The notes below the pieces were generated by a model that was not told where the DNA came from, made no database searches, and worked only from the letters and a program-made list of their open reading frames with translations. From contig JBMFIG010000001.1 of NCBI GenBank assembly GCA_049976425.1, positions 249,778 through 313,777 of the forward strand: 64,000 bases of DNA. Direction: 5' to 3'. Each line of letters opens with the position of its first letter. Position 1 is the stretch's first letter. Below are positions 1 to 7,352 of this stretch, piece after piece. The stretch is from Thermoproteus sp. Its GTDB lineage: Archaea; Thermoproteota; Thermoprotei; Thermoproteales; Thermoproteaceae. A program made the position numbers and the translations under genes.

Positions 1-569
1 CTGCGGTACGACACGTCCGAGGCGAAGACGAACTTGGCCTCGCTGTCCTCCAGCCTAACCCTGATGGCCTCCTTGCCGAAGCCGCTGAAGAGAGGCACTA
101 TTATGCCGCCAGCTCTTATGGCGCCCAGCATGACCGGTACTATCTCGGGCACCATGGGCATGAAGATCGCGACGCGGTCCCCCTTCTCCAAGCCGTTGCG
201 TTTGAGCCAGCTCGCCACGGCCCTGGCCTTGTAGAGCACCTCCGAGTAGCTCCAGATCGCCGTAGTGCCGTCCTCGCCCTCCCATTTGACTAAGGGATCC
301 GCCGAGTCGTCCAGCTGGTCGGCTATGTTTATACGCCCCCCTACAAACCACTGCGGCCACTGGATCCCCCGCGAGAGGTCCAGAACCTTCCCGTACTCCT
401 CGTACCACCTAAGCCTCAGTACCTCGCGGTCGAAGGAAGCCCAAAACTCGTCGGGTTTCTCGTAAGTATAGGCAATGAACTCTTCGAGAGTTTTGAAGCC
501 ATGAATAGACATATATTTAGCGACATTAGAATTTTCTAGGTGGTTTCTTTCGGGCCTCCAGACCTCCAT
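1..569 (-). CDS. AMP-forming acyl-CoA (acetyl/acetoacetyl-CoA) synthetase, N-terminal part, runs off the window
   Basis: Manual translation from ATG 569: MEVWRPERNHLENSNVAKYM...FWASFDREVLRLRWYEEYGKVLDLSRGIQWPQWFVGGRINIAD...GDRVAIFMPMVPEIVPVMLGAIRAGGIIVPLFSGFG, typical ACS N-terminus. Absent from the ORF track because it is truncated. Confidence 0.85.
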   Translation of the reverse strand, partial: MEVWRPERNHLENSNVAKYMSIHGFKTLEEFIAYTYEKPDEFWASFDREVLRLRWYEEYGKVLDLSRGIQWPQWFVGGRINIADQLDDSADPLVKWEGEDGTTAIWSYSEVLYKARAVASWLKRNGLEKGDRVAIFMPMVPEIVPVMLGAIRAGGIIVPLFSGFGKEAIRVRLEDSEAKFVFASDVSYR

Positions 570-740
570 CAATTAATTTCCTACTTAAATTTTTAAATAT
601 TTACGCTATGTATGTAGTCAGTATAATAACTATAACAAAATATAATGTGACTAAAATAAACTTAAATATATTAAAAATACATATAAATATAAAATTATAT
701 ATAGAAATTCGGAATTAATCGTAATTATTTATCTAACCGG
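570..740. promoter_or_regulatory. Very AT-rich intergenic island containing the promoter of the acyl-CoA synthetase
   Basis: Long A/T runs with TATA-like TTTAAA/TTAAAT about 25-30 nt upstream of the minus-strand ATG. Confidence 0.55.
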
Positions 741-770
741 ATGATTGTTGCGGCCGCGACCGCCGGTCTT

Positions 771-1667
771 TCACCCTCGTTTAGCCCAGCTACTTCTCGA
801 TAGGAGCGTCCCCAAGTCCACCGACCTGAGAGCGTCCTCCAACGGCCTCACGAGGGATAGCGGCACGTCCAGCTCCTCCGCCCGCCTCAACAGCTCGGCG
901 CAGGATCTGCGCGAGGTTTCGCCCTCCACCTCGGCCACGGCAGTCGGATCGAGCATCCTAGCCTTGAGGTCGGGCCTCCCCAAGAGGTCGCAGAACCGCT
1001 CCCAGAACTTGGGCTCAACTGCGCCCAGCGCCACCCGGCCGCCTGCGCAACTGTAGACGTTGTAGTAGGGATATCCGCCGGTGAGTTGCGGCGCCCTGCC
1101 GTCGGCAATCTGGGCGAAGTTTAGGAGGTTCAAGAGATAGGCCACGCGCTCCATCGAGATCTCGAAGTAGCCGGGCCGTCCTGCGGCTATCGAGGCGGCG
1201 GCCGCGAACGCGGCCATGAGCCCCGTGGCCACGTCGACGCTTTGCGGGATCGGCGGCGCGTCTCTTAGATGTCCCGCGACCGCCGCGAAGTTTATGTCGT
1301 GGCCCGGCGCGTTGGACGACTCGTAGCCGGTCACCGCCACGTAAGTTATCGAGGGGTTCACCTTGCTGAGCTGTTCGTAGGATGCGCCGAGCCTCTCGGC
1401 GGCCGCCGGCCTGAAGCTCGTCAAGACGGCGTCGGCCCCCTTCACGAGGTCGTACAGGCTCCGCCTGCCCTCCTCCGTCTTTAGGTCGAGGACGACGACC
1501 TCCTTGCCTTCGTTGAGCAGTCGGTAGAGCGTCGGGCTGTAGGCCCTCATGGGGTCGCCGCCCGGCGGCTCCACCTTCACCACGTCGAACCCCCACTCGG
1601 CCAACAGCCTCCCGGCCAGGGGGCCCGGGTAGAGCACGGCCAGCTCCACAGCTCTGTACTTGGCCAT
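771..1667 (-). CDS. CaiB/BaiF family class III CoA-transferase
   Basis: PGPLAGRLLAEWGFDVVKVEPPGGDPMR, FRP and GHDINF motifs. Confidence 0.9.
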   Translation of the reverse strand: MAKYRAVELAVLYPGPLAGRLLAEWGFDVVKVEPPGGDPMRAYSPTLYRLLNEGKEVVVLDLKTEEGRRSLYDLVKGADAVLTSFRPAAAERLGASYEQLSKVNPSITYVAVTGYESSNAPGHDINFAAVAGHLRDAPPIPQSVDVATGLMAAFAAAASIAAGRPGYFEISMERVAYLLNLLNFAQIADGRAPQLTGGYPYYNVYSCAGGRVALGAVEPKFWERFCDLLGRPDLKARMLDPTAVAEVEGETSRRSCAELLRRAEELDVPLSLVRPLEDALRSVDLGTLLSRSSWAKRG

Positions 1668-1694
1668 GCCGGAATATTGCCGCCCTCTTTAACG

Positions 1695-1958
1695 TCACCC
1701 GCCGCCGGGCCCCGCGATCTGCTGGACGGCCCTCTCGACGAAGTCGAGAACCTGCCTGATGTCGGAGATCACCTCGTCGACGTCGGAGTAGTCGACGAAA
1801 TTGGGATCGAAGCCGTTGTAGGCGTACCTATGTAGCATCAACGCGGTCTTGACGGTTGCCTCGATCCCCTTAATGCCCAGGGCCTCGAGGTCCTTGGCGA
1901 TCTTGACCAGGCCCGTGGTAAGCGCGGCGGGCATGATAGGCCAATCGGCTCTGGGCAT
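1695..1958 (-). pseudogene. PaREP1-family (HEPN-like) protein, C-terminal fragment
   Basis: RADW...TTGLVKIAKDLE...ALMLHRYAYNGFDP resembles the PaREP1 C-terminal LHxYxYNGxD motif. The N-terminal half is absent. Confidence 0.6.
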
Positions 1959-2129
1959 GGTCCGCTATGGCACCATCAGCGACTACATGGACCACACAGA
2001 CTGGGTGAGACAGGCGCTGGAGATGTGGGATAGGCGGATAGTCTACTACGAGGCTGGCGCAGGCAGAGGGATTGAGAAACCCGCAAGGCGGATCCGCTAC
2101 AGGCGCGGGGAGGGGAAAAAGGAGGAGGT

Positions 2130-2275
2130 TTTCGGCTACGCCTTTGAGGACTAGATGCCGGACGGCCTCGGACACCGATCTGAGCTCGCCCCTCCTCACC
2201 GTCGATTTTCCGGCACGCCTCCCACGGCAGAAACGCCGCGACTGCCTTCTTCGGCTCTGCCCGTTTCTTGCCCAT
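2130..2275 (-). pseudogene. Frameshifted CopG/ribbon-helix-helix DNA-binding protein
   Basis: MGKKRAEPKKAVAAFLPWEACRKID in one frame continues as VRRGELRSVSEAVRHLVLKG in another, with the shift near 2200. Together they give an RHH signature. The 3' end is approximate. Confidence 0.6.
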
Positions 2276-2334
2276 GGCCCGTCCATACAGTTCCTATTTT
2301 AGTTAGGAAAAGAACAAGCGGGAAAAAGGGGGGG

Positions 2335-2457
2335 TTAGGGACACAAAAGAATCGCCCGGCCGTCTGGATACCTTATTTCAAAGCACTCCTCCTCCAACTC
2401 CTCGACATTTCTCACAAATTCATCTATCTCCTTCAGCAACCTCTCTTCACTGTCCAT
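2335..2457 (-). CDS. Small acidic protein (40 aa) MDSEERLLKEIDEFVRNVEELEEECFEIRYPDGRAILLCP
   Basis: ATG 2457 to TAA 2335, purine-rich coding-like composition, followed by a pyrimidine/T-rich terminator-like tract. Below the ORF track cutoff. Confidence 0.6.
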   Translation of the reverse strand: MDSEERLLKEIDEFVRNVEELEEECFEIRYPDGRAILLCP

Positions 2458-2514
2458 GTGATCGCGGACGCGCCTCCGTTTGTCGAAAAGAAACAAGCCC
2501 ACAGCTCTCCCCTC

Positions 2515-2591
2515 TACGTTTTTCCTGACCTTTCGTCGGATGTTCTTCCTGATTCAGGAAAAATGTACGGCGTTGAGTCAGGAAGAATGTA
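2515..2591. repeat. Symmetric array of four 14-bp motifs (core TCAGGAARAAY), two inverted and two direct
   Basis: Inverted copies 2515-2528 and 2539-2552, direct copies 2554-2567 and 2578-2591. 24-bp period, dyad axis at 2553. Confidence 0.85.
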
Positions 2592-2769
2592 GAACGTGTT
2601 TACAAGCCGAGTTCTGGGAGATTTAGAACTGGCGATACGCCGCGGTAGCTGAAAGAGGGAGGCGCCGAGGCCAGTTCCAAATAAAAATTCAGAAATGGCA
2701 GGGGCGTAATCGGCGCAACTTGATTCACGTCATTGTCAATTCATAATTAAGGGGATGTGTTTATGCGCT

Positions 2770-2945
2770 CATGGGCTTGCAATAGCCCGCCCCGCCTCCG
2801 AGGGGGCAACGGGGGCGTCGCTGTGTTAATCCGCGCCTGCAGAAGGGGCGGCGCCGATCCTCCGGGCGGCCCCTCCCCGAGGGGCCATTAGGCGCCTCGG
2901 GGCCTCGTGCCCCCCGAGCCGCCCGGAGAGCAGAAAGGGGGCATC
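2770..2945. ncRNA. Candidate structured RNA or ssDNA element (GC-rich nested hairpins)
   Basis: 11-bp perfect stem 2860-2870/2918-2928 enclosing an 8-bp stem 2875-2882/2895-2902. Further hairpins at 2773-2817. GCAGAA(A)GGGG repeated at about 2839 and 2930. No ORF. Confidence 0.45.
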
Positions 2946-3066
2946 CTCGCGAAATCCTCGTATAGCTGGACAGCCAGTGGTCTAGACGGATAACCCCAAT
3001 CCATGGCGCTATATAGAAGAGATTTATTGACGGAAAAAATATATTGGAGATAATCCGGCCGATATT

Positions 3067-4641
3067 GTGAACATATATAACTTCCTTATGAAGGGCATCG
3101 AGCGGACCGATCTAGATCCGTTGAGGTTTAGACAGACTATCAGGCTCGCGCTCCTGGGCGGCGTCGCCTTAGCCGCCCTGGGCGCCTTCTTCACGCTGGC
3201 CAAGGCGTTTCCGTTGGGGCCGCTCTTCCTCGGGCTCGGCGTATTCCTCATATTCATGCCTAAGGTCATCATAAGGGTTAGGGCGACCTCCATAAGGGAG
3301 ATGTTGAACATGGAGATCCCGTTCCTGACGGTGCTCGTGCAGATGACCTTCGCCACCAAGGCCCCTCTAGAGCTCGCCATACAGCGCATGATGAGATACA
3401 AGGAGCTACCGGGCATAAGGACCCTCGCCGCGACGGCTTGGAACAACACGAGGATGCTGGGCATGGAGCCGTTAGACGCCTTGAAACGCGCCGTCGAGAA
3501 GCTAGCCCCCCAGAAGCTCATCTACCGCTTCAACTCGCTCTACACAGCGCTTAGAGTCGGCGAGGACATAATAGCGAAGCTCTCGCTGTATATGGACATG
3601 GACATGGTGGAGTTCTCCACAGGGATGCAGAGGAGGATGGACTCCCTCGTCTCGGCCATCTCGGCGACGATCGTGGGGCTTGCCATGGTGTCAGTCACGG
3701 CGATAGTTGTGGGGCGCGGGAACGCCGGGGTCTTTATTTTGATGGGCGGATTGCTACCGGCCGTGATGGGGGCAGTGATGGGCTTGATCATCAACGTGCC
3801 TCTGTTGAAAATGGATTTCAGGATATGGCCTCTAATATTCGCCTTGATATCCGGCGTAGCCATGATGGTCTTGGGCTTCTTCCTCAACTTCGGCATATAC
3901 ACGCCCCTCGCGGCCGCCGCCATAGCGGGCCTCGGCTACTTCGTCACTAAGGAGAGAGTCAACGCGCGCTCCTTCGAGAGAGGGTTCATGGACTTCTCAT
4001 ACGTCGTGCTCGACGAGCTGAAGCGCTCCCCCTCGATCGTTAGAGCCATGGAGAACGCCGTCACCTACGGCAACTTCGGCGACTTCACCCCGAGGGCCGC
4101 CTCGATGCTCAACGCGATAAAGTCCGGCATGACGGAGCTGGAGGAGATCGTCGTGAGGGGCATGCAACCGATAATGGCTATAGTCGCCAGGATATTCTTC
4201 GACATACACAGGCTGGGCACTCTCCCCCGCTCCACAGTAGACCAGCTCCAGAACTTCGTCGCAAAGCTCTTCGATTATAGAGAGCAGTTGAGCAAAGCCT
4301 TAGGTATCGTGAGGCTCCTCGCGGTGCTGGGCGCCGCCATGGTGGCCTTCGTCAACGCCTCCATGATTATAATGAGCCAGGCCATGGCCGGCGTCGCTGG
4401 CGGCGGGCCCGTGCCAGCGGCCGGCCTCGGCGGAGGCGGCATAGGGATGAACTTCCTCTATCTGGCGTTCGGCATGTTGGCCATAGGCTACTACTTCCTC
4501 TTCGCCAAGGTGAGCTTCTCGACGCGGGGCGGCCTTATATACCTATCGATTTTCTATCTAGCTATGTTCGTAGTAATAATGGTCACCACAAGCGTTCTGA
4601 AGCCGGCTAACGCAACGTCCTCCTCGGCTGGGTTGCCATGA
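3067..4641 (+). CDS. Type IV pilus/T2SS-F (PilC/TadC/ArlJ-like) membrane platform protein
   Basis: 524 aa, two cytoplasmic T2SSF-like domains separated by TM clusters, coupled to the downstream secretion ATPase. Confidence 0.8.
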   Translation: MNIYNFLMKGIERTDLDPLRFRQTIRLALLGGVALAALGAFFTLAKAFPLGPLFLGLGVFLIFMPKVIIRVRATSIREMLNMEIPFLTVLVQMTFATKAPLELAIQRMMRYKELPGIRTLAATAWNNTRMLGMEPLDALKRAVEKLAPQKLIYRFNSLYTALRVGEDIIAKLSLYMDMDMVEFSTGMQRRMDSLVSAISATIVGLAMVSVTAIVVGRGNAGVFILMGGLLPAVMGAVMGLIINVPLLKMDFRIWPLIFALISGVAMMVLGFFLNFGIYTPLAAAAIAGLGYFVTKERVNARSFERGFMDFSYVVLDELKRSPSIVRAMENAVTYGNFGDFTPRAASMLNAIKSGMTELEEIVVRGMQPIMAIVARIFFDIHRLGTLPRSTVDQLQNFVAKLFDYREQLSKALGIVRLLAVLGAAMVAFVNASMIIMSQAMAGVAGGGPVPAAGLGGGGIGMNFLYLAFGMLAIGYYFLFAKVSFSTRGGLIYLSIFYLAMFVVIMVTTSVLKPANATSSSAGLP

Positions 4642-6128
4642 GCGCCACGCGCGGGCTAGGGTTCAGGCTGGAGCAGTGCCCCGGCATACCCGTCGAGGAG
4701 TACGGGGTCGAGGGCGCCAGGATAACTATACATAAGTTCGAGGACGGCTTCTGCTACTCCGTCAACTACTCGTTCCCCTATTCGGACAAGGTGGGCGAGT
4801 ACGTCTACAAGATAGTGGAGTACCTCACCGCGAGGCAGGTGGTGAGGCCGGACATGACCAGGGAGGAGCTGGGCAAGCTCATAGACATGGCCATGGGCGA
4901 TGTGGGCGTCCCCAAGCCGCTCAGGGCGCCCGTGCGTTTCTACGTGCAACTGGAGGCGGCCGACTACTCCTACCTCACCCCCCTCCTCTACGACGTACGG
5001 CTGGAGAACGTCAACATAAACGGTACCGACAGCCCCATATTTGTAGACCACAGAGACTACGGCTACAACATAAAGACCAACATAGTGCCGACCGACAAGG
5101 AGGTGATCTTGAGGATCATCAGCAGGGTGTACGCCGAGACCGGCAGGCCGTTGAACGAGCAGTACCCCATACAGGACACCTACCTGCGCCTCCCCAACGG
5201 GGCGCTTCTGAGGTTCGCCACGGCCATGTCGGGCAAGACGTCGCGCAACCCGCCCTACGTCTCGGTCCGTATCCAGCCGCCCGAGCCCATATCGCCCACC
5301 AAGCTCATAAAGAACAAGACCATCTCGGCGCTGGGACTAGCCTATCTGTGGTACCTCTTCGAGAACCTCAAGTCCATAATGATAATAGGCGGCACCGGCT
5401 CCGGCAAGACGACGCTCCTCAACGCGTTGCTGGTCCTGCTCCCCCACAAACGCATAGCGGTGGCTGAGGAGACCCCGGAGATACGCCTCCCCAAGAGCTT
5501 CACCAACTCCGTCCTCCTGTTCACCTCGCCTCTCTACGACTACCAGAAGAACCTCCCCGGCTCGGAGTCTGCGATATACTTGATAGACCTCGTCCGCTTC
5601 CTCCTACGCGCCAGGCCGGACATAGTGGTCATAGGCGAGAGCCGCGGCCGCGAGATACACGAGCTGATACAAGGCATATTGACGGGCCACGGCGGCGCAA
5701 CGACCTTCCACGCCGAGGATATGGTCGAGGCCTTCATGAGGATGACCGGGGAGGCCATGGGCGTCTCCCCCGAACATATATCGGCTTTCAGCGCCGTCGC
5801 GGTCGTTAAGAAGTTCGACTGGGGCAGACGAGTTACCTCGCTTACAGAGGTAGTCTGGCTCAGGGCATATCCATACCCCGCCCTGAACAGGATAAAGATA
5901 AAGGAGGAGGAGTTCGGCTTGGTGGAGGTAGGTACCTACGACCGCAACCGGGACGCCTTCAATATAGATCTTAGACGGTCGTTCTGGTTGCAGAGGCTGG
6001 GCGGTATAGAGGAGGTCGCTGCGCGCGCCGAGCTTCTACAGGCGTTAGCCGACAAGGGGGTACTCGATGCGGAGGCTGTGGCCGAGGCCGTTAGGCAATA
6101 CTATAGACTTAAGCGGAAGGCGCCGTGA
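4638..6128 (+). CDS. Type II/IV secretion ATPase (PilB/TadA/ArlI family)
   Basis: Walker A GGTGSGKTT, EETPEI Asp box, LRARPDIVVIGESRG, TGHG..TTFHA His box. Confidence 0.92.
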   Translation: MSATRGLGFRLEQCPGIPVEEYGVEGARITIHKFEDGFCYSVNYSFPYSDKVGEYVYKIVEYLTARQVVRPDMTREELGKLIDMAMGDVGVPKPLRAPVRFYVQLEAADYSYLTPLLYDVRLENVNINGTDSPIFVDHRDYGYNIKTNIVPTDKEVILRIISRVYAETGRPLNEQYPIQDTYLRLPNGALLRFATAMSGKTSRNPPYVSVRIQPPEPISPTKLIKNKTISALGLAYLWYLFENLKSIMIIGGTGSGKTTLLNALLVLLPHKRIAVAEETPEIRLPKSFTNSVLLFTSPLYDYQKNLPGSESAIYLIDLVRFLLRARPDIVVIGESRGREIHELIQGILTGHGGATTFHAEDMVEAFMRMTGEAMGVSPEHISAFSAVAVVKKFDWGRRVTSLTEVVWLRAYPYPALNRIKIKEEEFGLVEVGTYDRNRDAFNIDLRRSFWLQRLGGIEEVAARAELLQALADKGVLDAEAVAEAVRQYYRLKRKAP

Positions 6129-6337
6129 TACTTTACGGGACGCCTGAGGGACTATTAAAGGCCTTGGAGGAGGAGATCACAAATCTACTGTCTCTAAAAG
6201 GCAAAGATCCGCATCTGGATAAATATATAGATAATAAACTACGTATACTGAAAGAATGTTATAATAAAATAAAGAGGTCTACTTCTAATCAATTACAAAT
6301 AGTGGCGATATCTACATGTTACGTTATTGAGCTATGA
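6125..6337 (+). CDS. Small hypothetical protein in the pilus operon
   Basis: 70 aa, GTGA/ATGA translational coupling on both sides. Confidence 0.7.
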   Translation: MILYGTPEGLLKALEEEITNLLSLKGKDPHLDKYIDNKLRILKECYNKIKRSTSNQLQIVAISTCYVIEL

Positions 6338-6855
6338 ACGACCTCTATCTAGCTCTATTGATAGCTCTACTCACCGCGCTGGGCGGCTATCTGATACGGG
6401 ATCTCCAAGCCCTCGGCATATTCGTCGGGCTCTCGGCAGCGGCTGCGTTCCTCATGGCGTTTCTCTTTAACGCGCCTGGAGCAGTTTTGGGCCTCATGGG
6501 GCTCGCCGTTGCTGGCGTTAAGATAGTCCGCGCGCCTAAAGTAGCGGCCCGGGCTAGGCAATTGGTTAGGCGCACGTATAGATCCCGGAGGCGGCTGGAG
6601 GAGCTGGAGGAGATGACGCGCAGTCTATCCCGCGTACATATAATCGACGTAGTGCCGGCGGGTTCGCGGAGGGCTATCCATCCCAAGGTAATTCAACTGA
6701 TAGAAATAGCCGACAAGGCGAGGGAACAGGGATACCAAGTAGCCGAGCCCACGTGGCTTAAGGAGGTGAGGCTATACAGGAGGCTTCTAGGCTCCGAGTT
6801 CGCGCCCGACGAACCGACTATAGTCAGCGATACGGAGGTGTTCACGTTAGAGTAA
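6334..6855 (+). CDS. Hypothetical membrane protein (N-terminal TM segments, charged C-terminus)
   Basis: 173 aa, coupled to the upstream gene. Confidence 0.7.
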   Translation: MNDLYLALLIALLTALGGYLIRDLQALGIFVGLSAAAAFLMAFLFNAPGAVLGLMGLAVAGVKIVRAPKVAARARQLVRRTYRSRRRLEELEEMTRSLSRVHIIDVVPAGSRRAIHPKVIQLIEIADKAREQGYQVAEPTWLKEVRLYRRLLGSEFAPDEPTIVSDTEVFTLE

Positions 6856-6869
6856 TAGCTGTATCCCGC

Positions 6870-7322
6870 TCAGTAGGCGAGGACGGCGTCTATCCCCAAC
6901 GCATTTAGGGCCTTCACGGTATCGAGGTTATCGTCGAAGTGCGCCCATATCTTGACCCCGCTTCTTATCAGCCTGGCCATCGCGTCGGCCTTATATAGAT
7001 GGTCTTGTCGAACGTCACCTAGAGGCCTCATATAGAGGCCGGCGAAGGGTACCCCGTAGGACCTAAGTTGCGCCTCGGTGCACCGCCTCATGTACTCCGG
7101 CCTTCCCGTGACCACGACTATCTTGCGGCCTCTTTCGTACAGGCGCAAGGCGAGCTCTATATATCGGTACTTAGGCGAGTCCAGACCTAGCTTACTGCAG
7201 TCGAGGAAACAGTCCCAGTCAACCGAGCCGCCGTTTAGGCATATGGAGAGACGGCGGGAGGCGTCTACCAAGACGCCGTCTATGTCGAACGAGATCGCGC
7301 CGAGCGACATAGATAGGCACAA
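6870..7322 (-). CDS. HAD-superfamily phosphatase (polynucleotide 3'-phosphatase-like)
   Basis: FDIDGVL motif I, VTGR motif II, LYMRP..D.R.D..YK, FDD motif IV. Confidence 0.75.
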   Translation of the reverse strand: MCLSMSLGAISFDIDGVLVDASRRLSICLNGGSVDWDCFLDCSKLGLDSPKYRYIELALRLYERGRKIVVVTGRPEYMRRCTEAQLRSYGVPFAGLYMRPLGDVRQDHLYKADAMARLIRSGVKIWAHFDDNLDTVKALNALGIDAVLAY

Positions 7323-7352
7323 AGCTATTTATTTTATAGGTACTCGCCGCGC

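Noticed and set aside
1958-2154. Plus-strand 65-aa ORF as a defined gene
   Set aside because: Looks coding-like but has no recognisable motif. Mentioned only as part of the rearranged region.
2515-2591. CRISPR mini-array
   Set aside because: Repeats are 14 bp with 10-bp spacers and half are inverted. No cas genes or true CRISPR array were seen in the window.
2155-2592. 145-aa plus-strand ORF
   Set aside because: It is the antisense shadow of the RHH remnant and the 40-aa ORF and runs through the repeat array. Composition is not protein-like.
2770-2945. Firm call as RNase P RNA or the permuted Thermoproteus SRP RNA
   Set aside because: CAGAAAGGGGGC resembles the RNase P CR-V, but I could not find a convincing CR-I/P4 partner. 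The SRP helix-8 motif is absent. Left as an unassigned candidate.
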